DNA from: an uncultured Candidatus Saccharibacteria bacterium
GTDB taxonomy: Bacteria; Patescibacteriota; Minisyncoccia; Phycocordibacterales; SBAW01
NCBI GenBank assembly: GCA_964459335.1
Contig: CAYWJX010000004.1
Coordinates: 1 to 40,506, forward strand
Length of the DNA: 40,506 bases
Direction of reading: 5' to 3'
A model generated the notes under the pieces. The model worked only from the letters and a program-made list of their open reading frames with translations, made no database searches and was not told the DNA's origin. The position numbers and the translations under genes are program-made. Within the stretch, counting starts at the first letter, position 1, and each line of letters begins with the position of its first letter. Shown here piece after piece: positions 18,454 through 26,479 of the stretch.

Positions 18454-19710
18454 TTATGCAGCCACCTCTCTTTTTATATTAAGGCCGAGCTTTTGGAGAC
18501 GTTCCTCTATATGCTCGTAGCCGCGGTCTATGACATAGGCGTTGCTGATGGTTGAGGTGCCTGTCGCAACCGCCGCGGCAATGATATATGCCAAGCCGCC
18601 GCGCAGGTCGGGGCTCTCAAGCTCTTTGCGGCTGAGTATTCTTGGCCCTTTAATTAAAATTTTATGCGGATTCATCACCGTGATGTCGGCGCCCATGCGC
18701 ACGAGGTCGTCGGCATATCTAAAGCGTCCGTCAAAAATCGTTTCGAGTATCGTGCCCTCGCCGGTTGCTTGCGAGAGCAGGACGGCCATCGGCGCTTGGA
18801 GATCGGTGGGGAATCCCGGATACTCGTGCGTGCGCACCGATACAAGCTTAAACGCATTATTTTGTATGCTACCTGCCGATACCTTTATATAGTCGTGGCC
18901 AACCTCAAGCGGTACGCCCGCGCGCTTGAGCAAGGTGATGAGTGCGCCCATGTGTTTTGGTTCACACTGTTTTATCGTGACCTCTTTGCCCGCAAGTGCA
19001 GCGAGTATCACAAAACTCCCCGCCTCAATCCTGTCGGGCGGCGTCACAAACGCTCTGCCTCCTGCTTTGAGCAATCCACCACCGGTAATGGTTATCGTGC
19101 TTCCGCCTGCGCCCTCGATGTGCGCGCCGCAGGAGTTTAAAAACTCTGCCAAGTGCGGTATCTCCGGCTCCATCGCGGCGTTTTCGAGTGTCGTTACACC
19201 TTCAGCGAGCACGGCTGCAAGCATAAGTGTCTCGGTTGCCGTTACCGATACAAATGGGAAGGTGATGTGCGCACCTTTCAATTTTTTATTGGGCGCAGTG
19301 ACTACAAACAAATCATCTTTTTCTTCAACGTTTGCGCCCATCGCTTTAAATCCTTCCAAAAACAAGTCAATAGGCCGCTCGCCGAGCACACATCCGCCGG
19401 GGAACGGGAAGGTTACGGTGCCGAGCCGCGCGAGCAAAGGGCCGGTCATCACAATCGAGGAGCGCATGCGCTCGGATATTTTTTTATCCATCACCGGGTT
19501 GAGCGTATTGCCTTGCTTAGCAATAGCCAAAAGTTCACGCATGCGTGCGACATCCTCTATCTCGGGCATATGTTCGTACTGCAACTCGTCTTCAAACAAA
19601 ATAGACGCGGCGAGCGCTTTGGTGGCCGCGTTTTTAGCACCGCCCACCACAATCTCGCCTTCCAATGTTTTTTTGCCCGCGAGCCCTTCGACGATAAATT
19701 TACTTTGCAT
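18454..19710 (-). CDS. murA: UDP-N-acetylglucosamine 1-carboxyvinyltransferase
   Basis: GAKNA, MRSS, PGGCVLGERPIDL (catalytic Cys), SVTATE, PGFPTDLQ, DLRGG, IDRGYE; start at MQSKF. Confidence 0.96.
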   Translation of the reverse strand: MQSKFIVEGLAGKKTLEGEIVVGGAKNAATKALAASILFEDELQYEHMPEIEDVARMRELLAIAKQGNTLNPVMDKKISERMRSSIVMTGPLLARLGTVTFPFPGGCVLGERPIDLFLEGFKAMGANVEEKDDLFVVTAPNKKLKGAHITFPFVSVTATETLMLAAVLAEGVTTLENAAMEPEIPHLAEFLNSCGAHIEGAGGSTITITGGGLLKAGGRAFVTPPDRIEAGSFVILAALAGKEVTIKQCEPKHMGALITLLKRAGVPLEVGHDYIKVSAGSIQNNAFKLVSVRTHEYPGFPTDLQAPMAVLLSQATGEGTILETIFDGRFRYADDLVRMGADITVMNPHKILIKGPRILSRKELESPDLRGGLAYIIAAAVATGTSTISNAYVIDRGYEHIEERLQKLGLNIKREVAA

Positions 19711-20023
19711 GGTTGTCAGGATGATTTTTAGGATTGATTTCCCACCAAAACTTTTTGGAAAAGTCCTTTGCATTGTCGCATACACTCTTGAGGTAGTACA
19801 AATCCTTGGTGGGTATGGCGAGGAGCAAGCGACCCATGCGCGGCATCGTAAGTTTGCCTAAACCATCGCGCACGCGCGCGGTATTGAGCCGCTCCATAAA
19901 GTATTGCATCAGCTCGCCGCGCTCGGTAACACGGCTTTTCCCCGACGCCTTGGTCGGGGCCCCGACCTCAGAGCGTCGGGGTTGAAGTCCTTTTTTTGAA
20001 ATGTGCGCGCTGATGTGGTCCAT
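19700..20023 (-). CDS. Hypothetical protein (107 aa)
   Basis: Packed between the DsbA-like gene and murA with near-zero gaps; helical, TERGEL...LYYL.S.C.....FSK.FWW. Confidence 0.7.
   Translation of the reverse strand: MDHISAHISKKGLQPRRSEVGAPTKASGKSRVTERGELMQYFMERLNTARVRDGLGKLTMPRMGRLLLAIPTKDLYYLKSVCDNAKDFSKKFWWEINPKNHPDNHAK
19940..19981. repeat. 42-bp double-hairpin palindromic element, copy 3
   Basis: CCCCGAC-gccttg-GTCGGGG-CCCCGAC-ctcagagc-GTCGGGG, TT flanks. Confidence 0.9.
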
Positions 20024-20025
20024 AG

Positions 20026-21102
20026 TTACTTGAGTTGCGCGGGTGCGAGTACCTCGCTGTAACGCTGTCCGCCAAAGAGGATGGTCGGGATTTTAACCGT
20101 GTGGATTTCCTGCTCGACTAGCTGCTTATTCGCGGCAAGTGCGCTTGCTACCTCGGGCGACGCGGCCTCTGTATCAAGCGCCGCTAGCTGGCTTTGTGAA
20201 TATCCCGCCGCAAGGAGGAGCGTGTGGAGTTCGGCGGTAGCTTGCTCGGTGGTGTAGTAGCCGTCAAAAAGGTCTTGCAACTGCGCACCGGTACTATCCT
20301 TGCCGGTAAACACCGCTTGGAGCACCTGCCAATCGGGTGGTGTTGAGCCAGCCGTTGCCGGGGCAATGTGCTTGGCGGCCTCAAGATACTCGGCAATCAG
20401 ATACGAGTTTTTAAACTTGTACTGACCCGGTTTTGTGGGGTTAGGGATTGGATACGCGACGTAGGTGAGGTTGTGGGTGTGCTCAAAATCGGCCGTCTCG
20501 ATGTTGGCAAATAATTTTGCACAATAAATACAGCCGGGGTCGATTATTTCGAGCGCGGTTTGTTTAGATGCGTCAAACGGCGCGTAGTAGGTATTGTCCG
20601 TCGTTATGTAATCCGCGACGTTCCAGTTTTTAAGCCTGTCCGGTATGCGCGTTATGGCCTCGCCAAGATCACTTATCTGATTATAGCCCCACGTAAACTC
20701 GTGATTATCGAGCACCGATTGCCAAAATGTTTCTTGCGCGCTTGCAATAGAGCATGTCTCGGAGCTCAGCGAACATGCCTCGGCATTTTGCGGGTCGCAG
20801 GTGCCATAGACAAAGAGATTGAGCCCCGCGATGAGCACCACAATAAGGCTCCAGATACTGAGCACCACAAAAATAAACGCGAGCACATCAAACCAACGCC
20901 CGAGCCATCGTGCGAGACGCGGATGCGTGATGATGAGCTTGCCCAATAGTTTACCCTTAAGCTCCTCGTCAAAACGTATTTCGCAGGGCCTAAAGGTTAG
21001 TTTGCGCGAGACGCAATACCACGCCTTGCCGGCAAGCCGGCGATAGCGTGCCGAAAAAATCCCGAGGATGCATAAAATGATAAACGCTGCAATGCAAAAC
21101 AT
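20026..21102 (-). CDS. Membrane protein with Cys-rich N-terminal region and C-terminal thioredoxin/DsbA-like domain
   Basis: TM segments; DPGCIYC (CxxC); KIPTILFGG (cis-Pro-like loop). Confidence 0.65.
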   Translation of the reverse strand: MFCIAAFIILCILGIFSARYRRLAGKAWYCVSRKLTFRPCEIRFDEELKGKLLGKLIITHPRLARWLGRWFDVLAFIFVVLSIWSLIVVLIAGLNLFVYGTCDPQNAEACSLSSETCSIASAQETFWQSVLDNHEFTWGYNQISDLGEAITRIPDRLKNWNVADYITTDNTYYAPFDASKQTALEIIDPGCIYCAKLFANIETADFEHTHNLTYVAYPIPNPTKPGQYKFKNSYLIAEYLEAAKHIAPATAGSTPPDWQVLQAVFTGKDSTGAQLQDLFDGYYTTEQATAELHTLLLAAGYSQSQLAALDTEAASPEVASALAANKQLVEQEIHTVKIPTILFGGQRYSEVLAPAQLK

Positions 21103-21105
21103 GGG

Positions 21106-22284
21106 TTATATATTGTTAAGAATTGTTTTTAATGTTGCAACCGCGTGCGTAATGTCCTCCTCCGTATTGTGCGCCCCGAGTGAAAATCGCACGAGCGGCG
21201 GATATTTTTTTAGTTTTTGGAGATAATAGTGACAACAAAAATATCCGCTCCGCACCATGATACCCTGCCCTGCCAACAAAAGCCCCAGCCGGTGCGAATC
21301 TACTTTGTCGCTGTAAAAACTCACAATCGAGCTCGGCTCGGAGTTTATAAGCTTGAGCGGCAACTCACTAAGCGACTTTGAAAGTTGCGTTGCAAGTTTT
21401 GCCTCTGCGCCGCTTGCTTCGTAAGCCGCGAGACGCGGCATTGCCGCATCAAGCCCCACAATGCCGCTGTAGTTTTGGAGACCCGGCTCGAGCAAATCGT
21501 TGGGCTCGATGCTTGTCAAAAAAGAATCCTTTTCGACATCGCGCACCATCCCGCCGCCCACAAACGAAAGTTCAAGTTCGTTGAGGAGTGCAATGCGCGC
21601 GGCCACAACGCCGAGGCTCGGACCATACATTTTATGTGCCGAGGCAACAATCGCATCGGCGCCACACCCACGCAGGAGCGCCGGCTCGTGCGCGGCCGCC
21701 TGTGCCGCGTCGAGTATCACGATGCCGCCATGCGCATGCGCGTCTTTTACTAACTCGCGTACATTGGTGAGCGCTTGCGCGCCAAAGTTGGAGCGTGTAT
21801 TAACCACCACCACCGCGCGCTCAAGATCACCGAGCTCGTAGTGGAGCGCGCCGTCCTCGGCGCGCGACAACACGATGCGCGGGATGCCGAGGCGCTTTGC
21901 AAGCGTCATCGTCGGCAAAAACACCGAGTTGTGCTCAATCTCCGAGGTCGCCACACGCGCGTACTTGCCTCCCGGCAATTGTGCAAGTAAAAGATTAATC
22001 CCGTAGGTGGTGTTGAGCGTAAAAGAAACCGCGTACTCTTTTGTCGAGAGCCCAAAATGCTCGAGCACCCCGGCACGCGCGTGCTCGGTAATTTCGTCGA
22101 CCTTCTCGCCCCACGGATACGAAACCCGCCCGCCGCAGGCGTTGAATGTTTCAAAATATAGACGCTCGGCTTCTATCACTTGCGAAGGCCGCAACGTTTG
22201 GCACGCCGAGTCAAAATAGTAAGCATTGGGCGCGAGATACCCAAAATCCTCTCGAGCATCACCTTTAGCCTTAAATAATGACAT
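21106..22284 (-). CDS. Class V PLP aminotransferase / SufS-like cysteine desulfurase
   Basis: YFDSACQT, EHNSV, LDAAQ, SAHKMYGP (PLP Lys), VRSGYFCC at the group II catalytic Cys position. Confidence 0.85.
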   Translation of the reverse strand: MSLFKAKGDAREDFGYLAPNAYYFDSACQTLRPSQVIEAERLYFETFNACGGRVSYPWGEKVDEITEHARAGVLEHFGLSTKEYAVSFTLNTTYGINLLLAQLPGGKYARVATSEIEHNSVFLPTMTLAKRLGIPRIVLSRAEDGALHYELGDLERAVVVVNTRSNFGAQALTNVRELVKDAHAHGGIVILDAAQAAAHEPALLRGCGADAIVASAHKMYGPSLGVVAARIALLNELELSFVGGGMVRDVEKDSFLTSIEPNDLLEPGLQNYSGIVGLDAAMPRLAAYEASGAEAKLATQLSKSLSELPLKLINSEPSSIVSFYSDKVDSHRLGLLLAGQGIMVRSGYFCCHYYLQKLKKYPPLVRFSLGAHNTEEDITHAVATLKTILNNI

Positions 22285-22307
22285 GTGTCTATTGTATACC
22301 AAATTTA

Positions 22308-22383
22308 AACCTAAAACAGAAATAAGATTTTATTCCCCTTGGCAGCTCGCAGCGCTCATAAAATCTTATTTCTGTTTTAGGTT
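22308..22383 (-). repeat. Long intergenic hairpin, copy B
   Basis: Perfect 26-bp inverted repeat AACCTAAAACAGAAATAAGATTTTAT around the reverse complement of the same 24-nt loop as copy A. Confidence 0.9.
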
Positions 22384-22426
22384 CCCCTTTCTTTTTTTTC
22401 CAAACATGGCATAATAAAAATCTCGT

Positions 22427-23002
22427 ATGAAAGACCCTATTGTGCAGGCGGGAGCGCTGGTGCTACGGCAAAAGGCAAAACCGGTCGCCAAAAAAGATAT
22501 TGCGTCGCCGACCATACAAAAGATTATCGCCCACATGAAAAAGGCCTTGTCTTGTGAGGATTTTGGCGTCGCCATCGCAGCCCCCCAAATCGGCGAGCCC
22601 TTGCGTATGTTTGTGATTGCCGGCAAAGCCTTTTTGACTGACGAGGATAAAAAAGCTTTTGAAGAAGACAAGCACACCAAGCGCGAGGTGCCGCCCGACC
22701 TGGTGTTTATAAACCCCGAGCTCACACGCCTCTCCCGCAAACAAAAAGAAATGTCGGAGGGTTGCCTCTCGGTGCGCGGCAAATATGGCACCGTGATGCG
22801 CCGCGAAAAAGCAACCGTCAAAGCACTCAACGAAACCGGCAAGCCATTTGTCTATCACGGTTCGGGGCTTATCGCACACATCTTTCAACACGAGTACGAT
22901 CATCTTGACGGCATTTTGTATACCGACAAAGCAGTTAAACTGGAGGAGGATCAGGATTTAAAAAGCGCCCGTAAAAAACTCAAAGAAAAACACCACGTCT
23001 AA
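22427..23002 (+). CDS. def: Peptide deformylase
   Basis: GVAIAAPQIG, EGCLSV, QHEYDHLDG. Confidence 0.97.
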   Translation: MKDPIVQAGALVLRQKAKPVAKKDIASPTIQKIIAHMKKALSCEDFGVAIAAPQIGEPLRMFVIAGKAFLTDEDKKAFEEDKHTKREVPPDLVFINPELTRLSRKQKEMSEGCLSVRGKYGTVMRREKATVKALNETGKPFVYHGSGLIAHIFQHEYDHLDGILYTDKAVKLEEDQDLKSARKKLKEKHHV

Positions 23003-23003
23003 C

Positions 23004-23864
23004 ATGAGTACAAAAAAACCGCTTTTTGCTTTTTTTGGCACGCCGCATTTTGCGGTCACGGTGCTGAGTGCACTTGAGAACCACAGCCTCCTGCCGGCCT
23101 TAGTGATAACCGCGCCCGACAAACCCGCCGGCCGCGGGATGGAGCTCAAAGAATCTCCCGCCAAAACGTGGGCCAAAGAGCGCGGTATCGATGTGCTTAC
23201 GCCAACCACGCTCAAAGATGAAGAGCTGTTTGCCGAGTTGCAAAACACCGAGTGGGATGTGTTTGTGGTGGCAGCCTACGCCAAACTCATACCAAAAAAG
23301 TTTCTTGAGATGCCGAGACGCGGCGCATTAAACGTGCATCCGTCGCTTTTGCCAAAGTTCCGCGGCCCGTCGCCTGCCCTCTCGGCGATACTGGCCGACG
23401 AGCGCACGACCGGTGTATCAATAATGCAGATGAGTGAGGCTATGGACGCGGGGCCGATTGTTGCGCAAGCACGGGTGGAGCTTGAGGAGGATGCTTGGCC
23501 AATGAAGGGCTCACAGTTTGAGGAGTTGCTCGCTACCGAGGGAGGCAATCTGCTCGCCGAGACGCTACCCTTGTGGCTAGCCGGCAAGATAACGCCCGAA
23601 CCGCAAGACGAGAGCCGGGTTACGTTTACCCGCAAGTTTACCGATGCCGACTCTCTCATCGATTTGGCAGGTGACGCTCGTGAAAATTATTTAAAAATCC
23701 GTGCGTTCGACAAAAATCCGCGTGCGCATTTTATTGCTGCCGAAGGAAAACGAGTCATCGTAACCGATGCCGAGTACAAAGACGGCGAGCTCACCATACT
23801 CAAGGTAATTCCCGAAGGTAAAAAAGAAATGCCCTATGGCCTGCTGCGAAATCCGCGGATATAG
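23004..23864 (+). CDS. fmt: Methionyl-tRNA formyltransferase
   Basis: FFGTP, PDKPAGRG, NVHPSLLPKFRGPSP, MDAGPI. Confidence 0.95.
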   Translation: MSTKKPLFAFFGTPHFAVTVLSALENHSLLPALVITAPDKPAGRGMELKESPAKTWAKERGIDVLTPTTLKDEELFAELQNTEWDVFVVAAYAKLIPKKFLEMPRRGALNVHPSLLPKFRGPSPALSAILADERTTGVSIMQMSEAMDAGPIVAQARVELEEDAWPMKGSQFEELLATEGGNLLAETLPLWLAGKITPEPQDESRVTFTRKFTDADSLIDLAGDARENYLKIRAFDKNPRAHFIAAEGKRVIVTDAEYKDGELTILKVIPEGKKEMPYGLLRNPRI

Positions 23865-24199
23865 TCTTTAATCCTCGCCGCTCCGCGGCGGAACACGTGT
23901 TGCTTCTTCTTTTTTTCGCGCGTGAGCTCAATAAATATATCGGCCGCCGCTTTGTCTATGGCCTCATACAAAGCGCCGCCCTCCGCCACGGCGCGGAGCG
24001 GTGTTGGTAAGCTCTGTTCAAACAACATAATTTCGGCACGATACATCTTTGCCTCGCCAACTAAGTAGCCAAGCTCCACGTCGGCGCGCGCTGCGTCTTG
24101 AGCAGACATAAACTTGTCAAAACGCTCCAGTTTTTTTGCCAGATAGTCGCGTATCTCGGGAGTCACCGTAACATCGGTGCCTTTAACGTTGTAGTTCAT
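23834..24199 (-). CDS. raiA: Ribosome hibernation factor (RaiA/HPF)
   Basis: MNYNVKG...TPEIRDYLAKKLERFDK, LYEAIDKA; sigma54-modulation/S30EA-like. Confidence 0.8.
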   Translation of the reverse strand: MNYNVKGTDVTVTPEIRDYLAKKLERFDKFMSAQDAARADVELGYLVGEAKMYRAEIMLFEQSLPTPLRAVAEGGALYEAIDKAAADIFIELTREKKKKQHVFRRGAARIKDYIRGFRSRP

Positions 24200-24207
24200 T
24201 ACATTCT

Positions 24208-24579
24208 CTATTTAGCATCATAATCAAACCACACCGCCTCTAGGTTGTGACCGTCGGCATCATGCACAAAAGCGGCATAGTATCCGGGCCAATACTCTTT
24301 GCGATATCCGGGGCCGCCGTTGTCCGTAGCTCCGGCATCGAGAGCCGCCTTATAAAAGGCCTCAACCTCCTCTTTGTTTTTGGCCATAAAGGCCACGTGC
24401 GCCGGCACCACACCCTTTTCGTTGGTGCCTATCCAAAAGTCGGTGTTGGTACCGTCGTTAAAGCCCGCAGCCTCGCCATACTCCATATTTTGCGTATAGC
24501 CCAAAGGCGCGAGCGCTTTTTGATAAAACAGCTTGGCCTTTTGGTAATTGCTCACCGCTATCGAGGTGTGCGCTATCAT
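24208..24579 (-). CDS. VOC (glyoxalase) family protein
   Basis: IAHTSIAV, FYQKALAPLG, HVAF, DNGGPGYR, YYAAFVHDADGHNLEAV. Confidence 0.9.
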   Translation of the reverse strand: MIAHTSIAVSNYQKAKLFYQKALAPLGYTQNMEYGEAAGFNDGTNTDFWIGTNEKGVVPAHVAFMAKNKEEVEAFYKAALDAGATDNGGPGYRKEYWPGYYAAFVHDADGHNLEAVWFDYDAK

Positions 24580-24713
24580 AAAAATATCCGCTTTTAATCT
24601 GATAAAAAACCCTTCTTCGACCTATTATCGATTATATCTTATAAAAATTGTATGAACTTTCCAAACGATTCCTTTTGGGCTATTATCCATGGATATCTCC
24701 ACGGTGGGGATAG

Positions 24714-24800
24714 ACATTCCGCGATAGGGCCGACGCAAGGTCGGCCTCCCGACCGAAGCGTCGGGACTCAATATTGCAGAGTGCGTACATTCCGCGATAG
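24714..24800 (+). repeat. 14-bp direct repeat ACATTCCGCGATAG enclosing a 39-bp double hairpin
   Basis: Copies at 24714-24727 and 24787-24800; GGCCGAC-GCAAG-GTCGGCC-TCCCGAC-CGAAGC-GTCGGGA at 24728-24766. Confidence 0.75.
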
Positions 24801-24862
24801 CTCAATGGTAGAGCAGCTCCCTGTTAAGGAGTTGGTTCCAGGTTCGAGTCCTGGTCGCGGAG
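24791..24862 (+). tRNA. tRNA-Asn (GTT), CCA not encoded
   Basis: Acceptor TCCGCGA/TCGCGGA, D arm GCTC/GAGC, anticodon arm GCTCC-CTGTTAA-GGAGT, T arm CCAGG-TTCGAGT-CCTGG. Confidence 0.96.
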
Positions 24863-26464
24863 CACTGTAGGATTTTCGAGGCATAAACGTTCAAAATCGC
24901 CTTGTTTATCAACGTTTTTTGGAGGTTCTAACCTTTCCTTTATCGCCATTACTTCCGGTGAGATTTTTTTCATCGGGAATAGGCATTTCTCCAAGTCAAT
25001 GCTGAGTTTTTTGTCTTTCAAGAGGAGGTTCGAACCGAGAGTCGAAAGCATCGTGCGTTTGGTCTGAAGGCTGCCGTTTTTGAAACGTATCTTCGCCTGC
25101 TCGATAAAGGTGAGCATCTCGTCGCCGGTGCGGTTCCATTGATCGACACGGTTGTCGGTTAGGTCGAGGCGTTTTTTGAAGTTGTGTTTTTCGGCAAAGT
25201 ACTCGGCTTGTTTTTTAGCAAAATCCTCGTGGGTAATCTCGCCGGAGGCCCGCATATCAAGCAGGTTGCTCAGCTTCGCCACAACGGCGTTATATGCCTT
25301 TTCCTGCGATCCTAGGACCGTTTGCTGTTCAGCTCCCTCCCGGGCGTTTTCGGCCCTAAACCACTTCATAGCAAAGCTATGGAACTCCGGCGGTATCTCG
25401 ATGCTGTCTATCTCTGCGACAACCTGTTTTTTGAACTCGCTGACCTCTATAGCGCCCTGTGTGCAAGCGGTCTTCCGGCGGTGAGTGCAATGATAGTAGA
25501 CGTAGGTGTGGATGTTGCCGTTTTGCTGCCGCTTGGTCTTGAGTTCGGCCGTCACCATTGCCCCGCAGTGGCCGCAGCGCACCATGCCGGTAAACTCAAA
25601 GAGCTGGGTCTTGGGCCGTGGCCTCCCATCGCGTCCCATGAGGGCCTGTACGCGGTCAAACTCCTCCGGGGTGACCATTGGCTCGTGGGTGCCTTGCCAC
25701 CACTGGCCAGTCCCTTTTGGGAACTCAAACATGCCGTAATAAAAGGGGTTGCGGAAAATCCAATAAATGCCACTCCGTGCGAGCTTTTTGCCTTTCTTGG
25801 TCCTCAGCCCCCACTCATTCGTCGCGATCTCGCGTATTTTGAGCGGAGAGTAGGTGCCGGTGAGCATCAACTCCCAGCACTTGCGGACGAGCACAAAACG
25901 CTCGGAGTCTTTAGGTATTTGCTTATCGCCTTTCTGCCCGTACTTGTCGTTGCCGTAGCCGATGGGCGCGAGGTTGGGCATAATACCCATCTCAGCTTTT
26001 TTCATGAGTCCGCGCTTCACGTCGACGCCTTTTTTGTCGTTCTCCATCTTCGCCTGCGTGCACTGCAGCATGAACATGAACTTATCAAAGGGCGTATTGC
26101 GGAAAGTCTGGCCCGGCGTCACTATCTCAACCAGTTTGCCGCGGTCCATACAATCAATGAGCATCGCAGAGTCGATGGCGTTGCGTGAAAGACGGTCAGG
26201 GTGCCAAGTGATGATGGCATTTATATCGCCGCGCTCAATACGCGCCACCATCTCTGAAAACTGCGCTCGCTTGCCAGTTACCTTAGCGGACTTCGACTCG
26301 CTCAAGATATTGTTTTCGTCGATCTGCACGCCGATTGACTTCGCAAGGTCACGCCCTTTGTCGAGTTGAGACTCAAGCGAAAGCACTTGCCGGTCCTCGG
26401 CCTCGCTTGATTTCCTGCAATACAGGCCGTGAATGGTCGTGATGGCGTTCGTTGTTTTTTGCAT
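24824..26464 (-). CDS. Large serine recombinase (resolvase, recombinase and Zn-ribbon domains)
   Basis: YCRKSS catalytic motif, DRLSRN, APIGY, CGHCG...YYHC, coiled coil; last residues LRDQDSNLEPTP are antisense tRNA sequence. Confidence 0.93.
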   Translation of the reverse strand: MQKTTNAITTIHGLYCRKSSEAEDRQVLSLESQLDKGRDLAKSIGVQIDENNILSESKSAKVTGKRAQFSEMVARIERGDINAIITWHPDRLSRNAIDSAMLIDCMDRGKLVEIVTPGQTFRNTPFDKFMFMLQCTQAKMENDKKGVDVKRGLMKKAEMGIMPNLAPIGYGNDKYGQKGDKQIPKDSERFVLVRKCWELMLTGTYSPLKIREIATNEWGLRTKKGKKLARSGIYWIFRNPFYYGMFEFPKGTGQWWQGTHEPMVTPEEFDRVQALMGRDGRPRPKTQLFEFTGMVRCGHCGAMVTAELKTKRQQNGNIHTYVYYHCTHRRKTACTQGAIEVSEFKKQVVAEIDSIEIPPEFHSFAMKWFRAENAREGAEQQTVLGSQEKAYNAVVAKLSNLLDMRASGEITHEDFAKKQAEYFAEKHNFKKRLDLTDNRVDQWNRTGDEMLTFIEQAKIRFKNGSLQTKRTMLSTLGSNLLLKDKKLSIDLEKCLFPMKKISPEVMAIKERLEPPKNVDKQGDFERLCLENPTVLRDQDSNLEPTP

Positions 26465-26479
26465 ATTCCTTGTTGTTTA

